Part shown: piece by piece, positions 30,560 through 40,366 of the stretch
Layout of the letters: the number at the start of each line of letters is the position of its first letter
Numbering within the stretch: the first letter of the stretch is position 1
Origin: an uncultured delta proteobacterium
Lineage (GTDB): Bacteria > Myxococcota > Kuafuiibacteriia > Kuafuiibacteriales > Kuafuiibacteriaceae
Assembly: GCA_963803435.1 (NCBI GenBank)
Contig: CAWDML010000014.1
Location: 64,001-128,000, forward strand
Reading direction: 5' to 3'
Length of the DNA: 64,000 bases
The notes under the pieces: model-generated
What the model was told of the DNA's origin: nothing
What the model saw: the letters and a program-made list of their open reading frames with translations, nothing else
The model's database searches: none
Made by a program: the position numbers and the translations under genes

Positions 30560-32458
30560 ATGGAGCTCGCACCGCCCCGCTTCGTACTTGTCGGCGTCGT
30601 GCGCCGGTTTCACTCGGTTTCGCTCGCGCTGGTGGCCGCGCTGGGATGCGCGCCCGCCGAGCACCGGTGCGAGAAGGACGGACCGGCGTCGTGCGACCGG
30701 GATCCGGACGCCTCCCCATACGACTTCATCGTCGTCGGCTCGGGGGCCGGCGGGGGCCCGCTGGCGGCGCGCCTCGCCCGGGCCGGACGGCCGGTCTTGC
30801 TCCTCGAAGCGGGCGAGGACGTCGGCGGCAAGCTCGCCTATCAGGTCCCCGCCATGCACGCGCTCTCCACCGAGGAGGCGTCGATGGCGTGGTGGTACTT
30901 CGTCCGGCACCACCCCAATCCCGCCCTCGATCGGGAGGACTCGAAGTGGACCGAGGAGGGGATCCTGTACCCGCGCGGGAGCGCGCTCGGGGGCTCGACC
31001 GCGGTCAACGCGATGGTCACGGTGCTCCCCTCCCGCTCGGACTGGGATCGGATCGCCACGCTCACCGGCGACCCGTCCTGGCGAGCGCAAGCGATGGATC
31101 CCTACTACGACCGGGTCCGCGAGTGGCTGGGCGTCGAGATCCCGGATCCGGACCTCGGCCTCCAGGATCGGAAGATCTCGGGCTTTCTGGCGGCGGCCGC
31201 GGCCGTGCACGCCGAGGACTCGAACGCCGGCTTCCCCGACCAGCTCAGCAGCCTGCTGGCGCAGGACCTCAACGCCGAGCTCCGCACCGGGGAGACCACC
31301 GGCCTCTTCCGGCTCCCGCTCGCCACCGAGGACGGCCACCGGTCGGGCACGCGCGGCTTCATCGTGGACACGGTCGAGGCGGGCTACCCGCTCACCGTCG
31401 TCACCGGCGCCTTCGTGACGCGGGTGCTGTTCAATCGATCGGCGAGCACGCCCACCGCGATCGGCGTCGAGTACGCGGCGCAGGATCACGTGTATGAGGC
31501 GAGCCTCGAGCCGGCCGCCGCGCCCGCCGATCGTCAGGCCGTGTATGCGGAGCGCGAGGTCATCCTGGCCGCCGGCGCGTTCAACTCACCCCAGCTGCTG
31601 ATGCTCTCCGGGATCGGCGATCCCGACGCCCTCACGGCGGTGGGGATCGAGCCGCGCCTGGCGCGCACCGGCGTGGGAACGAACCTCCAGGATCGATACG
31701 AGGCCGCGGTGGTGAGCGAGTTCGGGACCCCGATCTCGATCGTCGAGAAGTGTCGCCTGGGTGATCCTCCGGATCAGGATCCGTGCCTCGACGAGTGGAA
31801 GCGGGGCGAGGGCGTCTACCGCACCAGCGGCTTCCTCGCGACCGTGCTGATGCGCTCCTCGCCCGAGGTGCCCAGCGCCGACCTCCAGGTGTTCGCGGTC
31901 CCGGGCGACGCACGCGGCTACTATCCCGGCTACTCGCGCGACAGCCTCACCTTCAAGAACCGCTTCAGCTGGCTCCTGCTCGAGGCGCACACGCACAACC
32001 GCGACGGCACGGTGAGGCTCACCAGCGCCGACCCGTTCTCCCGTCCCGCCATCGCGTTCAACTCCTTCGATTCAGAGGCGCCGCTCGACGATCCCGATCT
32101 GGCCGCGCTGGTCACGGGCGTGAAGTTCATCCGCCGCGTGCGTGCGCGCCTGGTGGAGTCGTTCACGGGCGAGAACGTCCGGGAGATCTGGCCGGGCGTC
32201 GAGGTCGCCACCGATCGCGAGATCGCAGAGCGCGTGCGCCGTGAGGCCTGGGGCCACCACGCCTGCTGCACCGATCCGATCGGCCGCCCCAGCGATCCGG
32301 CCGCGGTGCTCGACGCGCGCTTCCGCGTGATCGGCTCCCGCGGGCTGCGCGTCGTCGACGCCTCCGTCTTCCCTGAGATCCCGGGCACCTTCATCGCGCT
32401 CCCCACCTTCATGATCAGCGAGAAGGCCGCCGATCTGATCCTGGAGGACAACCCGTGA
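30560..32458 (+). CDS. lipoprotein GMC oxidoreductase (choline dehydrogenase-like); start may be GTG 30599
   Basis: ALGC lipobox, GSGAGG, RGSALGGSTAVNAM, SPQLLMLSGIG, WGHHACCT, LRVVDASVFP. Confidence 0.9.
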   Translation: MELAPPRFVLVGVVRRFHSVSLALVAALGCAPAEHRCEKDGPASCDRDPDASPYDFIVVGSGAGGGPLAARLARAGRPVLLLEAGEDVGGKLAYQVPAMHALSTEEASMAWWYFVRHHPNPALDREDSKWTEEGILYPRGSALGGSTAVNAMVTVLPSRSDWDRIATLTGDPSWRAQAMDPYYDRVREWLGVEIPDPDLGLQDRKISGFLAAAAAVHAEDSNAGFPDQLSSLLAQDLNAELRTGETTGLFRLPLATEDGHRSGTRGFIVDTVEAGYPLTVVTGAFVTRVLFNRSASTPTAIGVEYAAQDHVYEASLEPAAAPADRQAVYAEREVILAAGAFNSPQLLMLSGIGDPDALTAVGIEPRLARTGVGTNLQDRYEAAVVSEFGTPISIVEKCRLGDPPDQDPCLDEWKRGEGVYRTSGFLATVLMRSSPEVPSADLQVFAVPGDARGYYPGYSRDSLTFKNRFSWLLLEAHTHNRDGTVRLTSADPFSRPAIAFNSFDSEAPLDDPDLAALVTGVKFIRRVRARLVESFTGENVREIWPGVEVATDREIAERVRREAWGHHACCTDPIGRPSDPAAVLDARFRVIGSRGLRVVDASVFPEIPGTFIALPTFMISEKAADLILEDNP

Positions 32459-33666
32459 GCCGCGCCCTCCTCCTCGCCGCCGCGCTGCTCCCGGCGGCCT
32501 GCGGCCCCGCCTTCGACGACGACTGCGAGCGCCTGGCGGCGGAGCTCGAACGCTGCGATCTCCCGCCCGCGCAGCTCGCCTGCGATCGCCTCGAGCCGCG
32601 CGAGGTGCGCCTGCTGGTGGATCGCTTCGAGGAGCTCGAGTGCAGCGCACCCTTCACGGCCGGCGACGACAACCTCGACTTCGGCGTCTGCGAGCTCCTC
32701 GGTTGGAAGTGTCCCGAGCCGTTGTTCGCGGTGCCGCCGGCGCAGCCCGCCGCCCATCCGTTCGTCTTCGTGGGCGGCATCGACGCCAGCGCCGGCCTCG
32801 ACTGGAACCGGCGCATCCTCCAGGCCGTCACCACCATCGGGCCGAACGAGGTCCAGCAGGTCCAGCCGACGCCCTGGTCCATCCCGGAGGTCCGGGCGCG
32901 CGATCTCTACGACGCGCTCGACGGGCTGGCCGGGGGGCGCCCGGACGTCCGCTTCAACCTGATCTGCTACGCGATTGCCGGGATCGACTGCCGCTTCCTG
33001 GTGAGCGAGGCCGGCCTCTTCGCGGACGATCCCCAGCGCCTGGGACGTGCGAGGGCGCTGGTCGCCTCGATCACCACGATCGCCACTCCGCACCTCGGGA
33101 CGGGCGTCGCCCAGGCAGCCCTGGATCTGGCCGACGGCGACGCGCGCGCCATCGTCACCGCGATCGCCGGCGGTGGAGCGCCCCCGGACCAGACAGCGCT
33201 CGAGGTCTCGCTGATGCGTCTGACCCCGGCGAGCATGCGCGCGCTCGACGCGCGCCTCACCGACGCGCCCGATATCTTCTACCAGTCGTTCGCCGGCGTG
33301 AGCCGCGTGCTCGGTCAACCGTTCGTCCCCTCCGAGGCCGGCCTGTTGCGCGACTGTCGCGACGCCGACGACAAGCTCCTACTGGCGCAGAGCGGCGACG
33401 GCTACGACGTGATGAGCCCGCTGCTGCTGCCGGCTGCGCCCTTCGCCGGCGACTCCGAGGGCGACAGCGCGGCGCTGCTCCGACCCTCCGACGGCATGGT
33501 CTCGGTGACGAGCGCCAAGTGGGGCGTGTTCCGCGGCTGCCTGCCGGCCGACCACTACGACCTGATCGGAGAGATCGGTGACCTGGGCCTGGACCCCAGC
33601 TCCGGGTTCGACGCCGCCGTCTTCTACCAGAACGTCGCGGTCGATCTGGCGCGGAGGGGCTTCTGA
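32455..33666 (+). CDS. lipase-like lipoprotein lacking the catalytic Ser (pseudo-lipase)
   Basis: Paralog of the next gene; CYAIAGIDCR versus CHSLGGLDCR; retains TPHLGT, SDG, ADH. Confidence 0.8.
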   Translation: MSRALLLAAALLPAACGPAFDDDCERLAAELERCDLPPAQLACDRLEPREVRLLVDRFEELECSAPFTAGDDNLDFGVCELLGWKCPEPLFAVPPAQPAAHPFVFVGGIDASAGLDWNRRILQAVTTIGPNEVQQVQPTPWSIPEVRARDLYDALDGLAGGRPDVRFNLICYAIAGIDCRFLVSEAGLFADDPQRLGRARALVASITTIATPHLGTGVAQAALDLADGDARAIVTAIAGGGAPPDQTALEVSLMRLTPASMRALDARLTDAPDIFYQSFAGVSRVLGQPFVPSEAGLLRDCRDADDKLLLAQSGDGYDVMSPLLLPAAPFAGDSEGDSAALLRPSDGMVSVTSAKWGVFRGCLPADHYDLIGEIGDLGLDPSSGFDAAVFYQNVAVDLARRGF

Positions 33667-34868
33667 TGCGCGCGCTCCTCCTCGCCCTCGCTCTGACCGG
33701 CTGTAACCGCGACCGCGAGCGGTTGTGCGACGACTTCCTCCGGGAGGCCCAAGCCTGCTTCGGCGATCAGTTCTCGGCCGTCGACTGCGATCAGATCAGC
33801 CAGGGCGACCTCGAGAACCTCACCCGCATCGCCCGCGATCTCGACTGCCAGGACGAGGGCTGGGCCCTCCCCTCGGACGGCGACTACCTGAGCGCGAGCT
33901 GCCGGCTCACCGGCGTCGGCTGCGTCGGGGCGATCAACGCGCTCCCGGAGTACGCGCCCACCCGCTATCCGATCGTGCTGGTCAACGGCATCGACGTCAC
34001 ACCGCTGTTCCAGTACGACCGCCGGATCGTCCGCACGCTCACCGACCTGAGCGGACAGGACGTCCACCTCGCGCTCGACACGCCCTACGAGACGCCCCAG
34101 CGTCGCGCGCTCGACCTGTGGGAGACGGTGAAGCGGGTCCGCCAAGAGACCGGCGCCGAACGTGTCAACCTGATCTGCCACTCGCTGGGCGGGCTCGACT
34201 GCCGCTACCTGGTGAGCCCCAACGGGCTGCGCTGGGACGTCGGGGCCGGCGAGGACGAGATCGCGGGCGCGGTCGCCTCCATCACCACGATCTCCACCGC
34301 GCACCGAGGTACGCCCGCGGCCGACGCCGCGCTCGGCTATCTCGCCGATGGCGACGCGCTCGACGCCTCTGCCCGGCTCGCCACCTCGCTCGGCGACGCG
34401 TTCACGCCGGAGGACCTGGCCGAGGACGTCCACCTGCGCGCCGCGATCCAGGCCCTCACCACGGACGCCGCCGCCGCCTTCAACGCGGGCGTGCCCGATG
34501 CGCCCGAGATCTACTACCAGTCCTACGCCGGCTTCAGCGCGGCGTTCGGCGTGCCCAAGCTGGGCGACGAGGAGCGGCTCGGCGAGCTCTGCCGCACCGA
34601 GGACGGCTCCGGGCTCGAGACCTTCCGCGGCAACTTCGACTATCTCGCGACGCTGCTGATCCCGTCCGCCGAGCTGATCGACGGGCCGAGCGACGGCCTG
34701 GCGCCGGTCGCCTCGGCGCGCTGGGGACACTTCCGCGGCTGCCTCCCCGCCGATCACATGGAGCAGCTCGGCGAGTACCGCATCCCCGAGGTCAACGTCC
34801 GCACCGGCTTCGACATCGCGCGCTTCTACGGCGAGGTGACCGCCGATCTGGCGAGGCGGGGGTTCTGA
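33666..34868 (+). CDS. triacylglycerol lipase-like lipoprotein with Cys-rich N-terminal domain
   Basis: LTGC lipobox, TRYPIVLVNG, CHSLGG, TAHRGT, SDG, ADH. Confidence 0.88.
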   Translation: MRALLLALALTGCNRDRERLCDDFLREAQACFGDQFSAVDCDQISQGDLENLTRIARDLDCQDEGWALPSDGDYLSASCRLTGVGCVGAINALPEYAPTRYPIVLVNGIDVTPLFQYDRRIVRTLTDLSGQDVHLALDTPYETPQRRALDLWETVKRVRQETGAERVNLICHSLGGLDCRYLVSPNGLRWDVGAGEDEIAGAVASITTISTAHRGTPAADAALGYLADGDALDASARLATSLGDAFTPEDLAEDVHLRAAIQALTTDAAAAFNAGVPDAPEIYYQSYAGFSAAFGVPKLGDEERLGELCRTEDGSGLETFRGNFDYLATLLIPSAELIDGPSDGLAPVASARWGHFRGCLPADHMEQLGEYRIPEVNVRTGFDIARFYGEVTADLARRGF

Positions 34869-35179
34869 TGCGGGCGGAGCTCCTCGTCGTGCTGCTCCTG
34901 GCGGCCGGCTGCGGCGGCCCGGAGGCACCCGCGACGATCTGTGAGGCCGCCGAGGACGCCTTCCTCCGCTGCGGTGTCTCGGTCCCGCTGCTCGACGACG
35001 GTCCCTGCGCCGGCCTTCGCTACAGCGCCGCCGAGTGCATCATGGACCACGCCGACACCTGCCTCGACCTCGCCAAGCTCACGCGTCGCCCCGACACCTG
35101 CTTCGACATGCTGCTCGAGCCGCCCGATCTCGACGAGCCGTCCGAACCCCTCTTCCCCGACCAAGGAGGGGACTCATGA
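34868..35179 (+). CDS. small Cys-rich lipoprotein
   Basis: MRAELLVVLLLAAGC lipobox plus 6 further Cys; TGATG and ATGA coupling. Confidence 0.75.
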   Translation: MRAELLVVLLLAAGCGGPEAPATICEAAEDAFLRCGVSVPLLDDGPCAGLRYSAAECIMDHADTCLDLAKLTRRPDTCFDMLLEPPDLDEPSEPLFPDQGGDS

Positions 35180-37504
35180 CCATCGAGAAACTCCGGCGTC
35201 TGAGCCTCGATCATCCGGCCGCCACCATCGCGACGTTCGCCGCGATCACGCTCGCGCTCGGCGGCGGGGCGCTCCGCGCCAACTTCTCCACCGACTATCG
35301 GATCTTCTTCCCGCCCACCGATCCCAAGCTGATGGCGCTCGAGTCGCTCGAGAACGTGTTCACGAAGACGGACAACATCGCCTTCGTGGTGAAGCCGCGC
35401 TCGGGCGACGTCTTCCAGCACGAAGCGCTCTCTGCGATCGCCGAGCTGACGGAGGCCTCCTGGAAGCTGCCCGACGCCGTCCGTGTCGACTCGCTCACCA
35501 ACTTCCAGCACTCGTTCATCGAGGACGACGACCTGGTCGTCCGCGATCTCGATCCCCGCCCCCATCGAGGCCCTGACGCCGGGGGTCCTGGCCCATGATC
35601 GCGAGCTCGCGCTGGGTGAGCCGCTCCTGGTCGGCGGGCTCCTGGCCCGCGACGCAGGGGCCGCCGGGGTCAACGTGACGCTCCGCCTCCCCGCCCACAC
35701 CACGGAGGACGTCGCGATCGCCGCGGCCGCGGCCCGGCGGCTCCTCGGCGAGGTGGCGGCGCGGCACCCGGATCTCGAGCTGCGCGTGTCCGGCATGGCG
35801 ATGATGAACGACGCGTTCATGCACGCCTCCGTCCGCGACATGGTGGTCGTCTTTCCGATCATGGCGCTGATGATGCTGCTGGTCATGTGGTGGAGCCTGG
35901 GCAGCCGCTACGCCACCTTCTGCGCCGTCGTGATCGTGCTGATCTCCGCGGTGGCGACGCTGGGCGTGGGCGGCTGGCTCGGCTATCCGCTGACCCCGCC
36001 CTCGGCGGCCGCACCCACGATCGTCCTCCCGCTCGCGGTCGCCGACTCGATCCACATCATCGTGACGATGCGACAGCTGATGCGCACCGGCACCGATCAG
36101 AGGAGCGCGATCGTCGCGTCGCTCGGCACCAACATGAAGGCGGTGATCCTGACCAGCCTGACCACCGCGATCGGCTTCCTCTGCCTCAACTTCGCGGAGG
36201 CGCCGCCGTTCTGGCACCTCGCCAACATGACCGCCGCCGGGGTCACGTTCGCGCTGATCGCCGCCGTCTTCCTGCTGCCGGCGTTGCTCTCGCTGAGGCC
36301 CATCCCCCCCGCCGATCCGACGCGCGCGATCGCCCTCTCCCGCAGGCTGGCCGGCCTCATCGTCGCCGCCCGCACCCCGATCCTGGTGGTGGGCTTCGCG
36401 GTCACCGTGGTGCTGGGCGTCGCCGCCTCCCGGCTCGAGTCCAACGATCAGTTCCTCGACTACTTCGACGACTCGATCGCGTTCCGGCCCGACACCGAGT
36501 TCTTCATGAAGAACCTGACCGGCATCTACACGCTCGACTACCAGCTCGAGAGCGGCCGCGCCTCCGGCGTCTCCGATCCGACCTACCTGGCGACGCTCGA
36601 CCGGTTCTCCGACTGGCTGCGGCATCAGCCCGAGGTCCTCCACGTCTACACGATCACCGACGTGTTCAAGCGCCTGAACCAGAACCTCCACGACGACGAC
36701 CCGAGCTGGTATCGGGTCCCCGGATCGCAGGAGCTGGCGAGCCAGTACCTGCTGCTCTACGAGCTCTCGCTGCCCTTCGGCCTCGATCTCAACGATCGGA
36801 TCAACATCCAGAAGTCGAGCTCCCGCGTGACCGTCACGCTCGACAACCTCTCGAGCGTCGAGCTGGAGGCGTTCGCCGCCCGGAGCGAGGCCTGGCTCCG
36901 CGCGATCGCACCCGAGCCGATGTGGGCCCGCGCCATCAGCCCCGCGATCATCTTCTCGGACCTGGCGCGCCGGAACACGGCCGCGATGATCTTCGGGAAC
37001 ATGGCCAGCCTGCTCTTGATCGCGTTGTGCCTCGTCTTCGCCCTCAAGAGCGTGCGCCTGGGCCTGCTCTCGATGATCCCGAACGTCATCCCGATCGTGA
37101 TGGCATACGGGCTCTGGTGGCTGCTCGTCGGCAAGATCAACATCGTCTCCTCGGTGGCAGGATCGATCGCGCTCGGCCTGATCGTCGACGACACGATCCA
37201 CTTCCTCACCAAGTATCAGGCGGCCGTGAAGGACCTTCGCCTCGACGAGGAGGCCGCCGTCCGGATGGTGCTGGGCGAGCTCGGCCCCGCGATGGTCGCG
37301 ACCACCCTCGTGCTGGTCGGCGGCTTCAGCGTCCTGATCTTCGCCAGCTTCGAGATGACCTGCTACCTGGGCGCGTTCACCGCGCTCACTTGCTCGCTGG
37401 GCCTCATCGCCGATCTGACGATCCTGCCCAGCCTCCTCTTGGTCACCACCAGAAAGGTCAACTATGAGCCACTCCGTCTTGCTGACGCTCCTGCTCCTCG
37501 CTAG
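35176..37504 (+). CDS. MMPL/RND lipid transporter, +1 frameshift near 35551
   Basis: AGGAGG RBS; N-part RVDSLTNFQH; C-part LAVADSIH, TSLTTAIGF, QYLLLYELSLPFGLDLN, GLIVDDTIHF. Confidence 0.88.
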
Positions 37505-38201
37505 CCCCGAGCAGGAGGGACAGAAGATCGCCCGCATGCTCGCCGAGAAGGCGGCCGGCTTCGGCGACCAGAGTCTCAACATCCATATGGAGCTCCACAA
37601 CGCCCACGGGCAGGAGGCCACCCGCGACCTGCGCGTGAAGATCCTGGAGCGCAAGGGCGAGGCACCGTACTCCCTGATCGTGTTCGACACCCCGCGCGAC
37701 GTCTCTGGCACCGCCCTCCTCTCGCAGGGAGAAGATCAATGGCTCTACCTCCCCGCCACCGGACGAAGCCGGCGCATCTCCTCCTCCAACCGTTCGGGCC
37801 CCTTCGCCGGGAGCGAGTTCTCCTACGAGGACCTCACCGGCGACGCCGGCAAGTACGCCTGGAAGCTGATGCGGACGCTGGCCTGCGACGGCGGCAAGCA
37901 GTGTTACCAGCTCGAGACCCGGCCCCGATACGAGGGCTCGGGATACACGCGGCGGATCCTGTACGTGGAGACCGATACGCTCCGCATCCAGAAGATCGAC
38001 TTCTTCGACCGAAAGGACGCACTGCTGAAGACGCTCTCCTATCAGGAGTATCAGACGCACGGGAAGTTCGAGCGGGCGCACCTTTGGGTGATGAAGAACC
38101 ATCAGAGCGAGAAGAGCACGCTGCTCCGCTTCGCCGACTTCAAGTTCGACAACGGCTTCTCGGAGGCGGACTTCAGCCAGGCGCGGCTGGAGCGACGCTA
38201 G
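37464..38201 (+). CDS. outer-membrane lipoprotein-sorting (LolA-like) protein
   Basis: FDTPRDVSGTALL, QWLYLPA, FAGSEFSYEDL, FFDRKDALLK. Confidence 0.88.
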   Translation: MSHSVLLTLLLLASPEQEGQKIARMLAEKAAGFGDQSLNIHMELHNAHGQEATRDLRVKILERKGEAPYSLIVFDTPRDVSGTALLSQGEDQWLYLPATGRSRRISSSNRSGPFAGSEFSYEDLTGDAGKYAWKLMRTLACDGGKQCYQLETRPRYEGSGYTRRILYVETDTLRIQKIDFFDRKDALLKTLSYQEYQTHGKFERAHLWVMKNHQSEKSTLLRFADFKFDNGFSEADFSQARLERR

Positions 38202-38204
38202 CGA

Positions 38205-39383
38205 GTGCTCCGCGCCGCGCTGCTGGTCCTCGTGCTCTCGGGCTGCGGGGCGACCTTCGAGTACCGCGGCTTCACCGCCGCGGACGGCCGCGCCTTCCCC
38301 TTCCGCCCCATCTCGCGCGACCAGGCCCGCGGCAACGGTGTGTCGCTGGTCGCCGCGCCCGAGGTCGCGCTCGCCAGCGAGAACGAGCACCACCTGGTCA
38401 CGCTCCGTCCGTTCCTCCGCCTCGATCCGATCGATCGCCAGCGCTCGCACTGGGACGTCCGTCGCGCCGACTACGTCCTGCACTCCGGAAGCCTCGAGCT
38501 GGGCCTGGGCGCCGGACAGTTCCGCTGGGGCGTGCTCGAGTCGTACAGCCTCGTGGACGTGATCAACCAGTCGGATTACGTCGAGGACCTCGATCGCTCC
38601 GAGAAGCTCGGCCAGCCCTACGCCGAGCTCGGCTTCCTCCCGGGCGACTGGGGGATCCGGCTCTTCGTGCTTCCGTACTTCCGCAAGGCGATCTTCCCCG
38701 GCGAGGAGGGACGCCTCCGCCTGGGCGGCGTCGTCGATCCCCACCAGGCGATCTACGAGACGCCGCTCGAGGAGTGGCAGCCGAGCTTCGCGCTGCGCGT
38801 GAGCGGTGCGATCGGCGAGGTCGATCTCGGGATCGGCTTGTTCAGCGGCGTCTCGCGGGAGCCGCGCTTCGTGGCACAGCTGACCGAGCCGACGATCGTC
38901 GCCGCTTACGATCTGGCGCACCAAGCGTCGCTCGATCTTCGATGGACGCACGATGCCTTCGCGCTGAAGCTCGAGACGATGGCCCGGCTGTGGTCCAAGG
39001 AGCTACGGTTCTTCTTCGCCGCCGGGGGTGGGATCGAGTACACGTTCTTCGACATCGCCGGCAGCGGCGTCGACCTCTCGCTGGCCGCCGAGTACCTGTT
39101 CGACGGCCGGCCGATCGAGGCGCCCGTGACGTTTTTCCAGAACGACGCGTTCCTGGGCTTCCGGATCGCCGTCAACGACACCGGGAGCACCACGATCACG
39201 GGCGGAGCCATCACGGACGTCACCGACCTGCGGACTTACCTGCGATTGGGCGTGAATCGCCGCTTCGACGCCCATTGGACCGTGAATCTCGAGCTCAACG
39301 CCTTCCTGGGAAACCGTAAGGGTCTGGAGAGCGCGCTCCTCGCCGACCACTACGGACAGTTGCGCATCGCCTACTTCTTCTGA
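38205..39383 (+). CDS. putative outer-membrane beta-barrel partner of the MMPL/LolA-like pair
   Basis: WGVLES..LVDVINQ, EKLGQP, amphipathic strands, terminal aromatic YFF. Confidence 0.72.
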   Translation: MLRAALLVLVLSGCGATFEYRGFTAADGRAFPFRPISRDQARGNGVSLVAAPEVALASENEHHLVTLRPFLRLDPIDRQRSHWDVRRADYVLHSGSLELGLGAGQFRWGVLESYSLVDVINQSDYVEDLDRSEKLGQPYAELGFLPGDWGIRLFVLPYFRKAIFPGEEGRLRLGGVVDPHQAIYETPLEEWQPSFALRVSGAIGEVDLGIGLFSGVSREPRFVAQLTEPTIVAAYDLAHQASLDLRWTHDAFALKLETMARLWSKELRFFFAAGGGIEYTFFDIAGSGVDLSLAAEYLFDGRPIEAPVTFFQNDAFLGFRIAVNDTGSTTITGGAITDVTDLRTYLRLGVNRRFDAHWTVNLELNAFLGNRKGLESALLADHYGQLRIAYFF

Positions 39384-39396
39384 CTCAACTCGGAGG

Positions 39397-40269
39397 ATGG
39401 AAAGGGTCAGACGTCTGTCGGCCTTCTGGAACTGGCTTCCGGCGTTTCGCGCGGTCGCGGAGCTCGAGCACCTCCCGTCCGCGGCGGAGGAGTTCCGGGT
39501 GAGCGCCTCCGCGCTGTCGCGCTCGGTTCGCCAGCTCGAGGAGCACCTCGGGCTCGAGCTGTTCGATCGAGAGGGCCGGCTGCTCCTCAACGACTCGGGC
39601 CGGCAGATGCTCCGCGTCCTTCGACGCGCCATGCGGATCGTCGACGACGGGGTCGAGAGCATCACCTCGAGGGAGCTGGTCGGCCCCGTCCGCATCGCCG
39701 CCCGCGGGTCGTTCGCCTCGATCTTCCTGGTGCCCGCCATGTCGTCGCTCCGGAGGGAGCATCCCAAGCTGGTGCCCGAGGTGACCTCGATGTCCTCCCT
39801 CAACGTCAGCGCCGAGCTTCAGGCCGGGCACATCGATCTGGCGGTGCTGGACGATCCGATCCCCGAGGCCGACCTGGTGGTCGAGCGCCTCGCCGAGATC
39901 ACGTACGGCGTCTATTGCGGGCGCGGGCATCCGCTGTTCGAGACCACCGATCCGACGCCCGGACAGATCCTGGCCCACTCGTTCGTCGGTCCCATGGTCG
40001 AGCAGAACGACCACTGGCCGCCCGACGTCAGCCGCGTGATCGGCGCGCGCTTCGAGGTCCTGCACCACGGCCTCGAGGTCTGCGCCGCCGGCGGCTATCT
40101 GGCCGTGCTGCCGGATCGGGTGGCCCGGGCGTGGTCGGCGCCCTTGCGGCGGCTGTCGTTCACCGGGCTCAAGCCCACGACCGTGTACGCCATCTATCGT
40201 GAACCGCTCGGCGATCAGAACCGCGTCGAGATCGTCCTCGATGCGATGCGCCGGGCGGGCGGCGCCTGA
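39397..40269 (+). CDS. LysR-family regulator
   Basis: FRAVAE...AAEEFRVSASALSRSVRQLEEHLGLELFDR; GGAGG RBS. Confidence 0.93.
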   Translation: MERVRRLSAFWNWLPAFRAVAELEHLPSAAEEFRVSASALSRSVRQLEEHLGLELFDREGRLLLNDSGRQMLRVLRRAMRIVDDGVESITSRELVGPVRIAARGSFASIFLVPAMSSLRREHPKLVPEVTSMSSLNVSAELQAGHIDLAVLDDPIPEADLVVERLAEITYGVYCGRGHPLFETTDPTPGQILAHSFVGPMVEQNDHWPPDVSRVIGARFEVLHHGLEVCAAGGYLAVLPDRVARAWSAPLRRLSFTGLKPTTVYAIYREPLGDQNRVEIVLDAMRRAGGA

Positions 40270-40271
40270 CC

Positions 40272-40290
40272 GCCGAGGTGTAGCCTCGGC
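40272..40290 (+). terminator. hairpin after LysR stop
   Basis: GCCGAGG-TGTAG-CCTCGGC; no U-tract. Confidence 0.35.
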
Positions 40291-40366
40291 CGCGCACGTC
40301 GTCAGGATCACGCGTAATCGCAACGTAACTGCCCTTGGCGCCAGGGTGAGCAACGCTCCTCCCACG

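Noticed and set aside
2939-35598. Programmed ribosomal frameshifting in aguA, kinase and MMPL
   Set aside because: No slippery heptamer or shared recoding signal; the breaks fall inside conserved domains, which fits indel errors better
40336-40352. Sigma54 promoter before the RTX-like gene
   Set aside because: GG-to-GC spacing is 11 nt rather than the required 10
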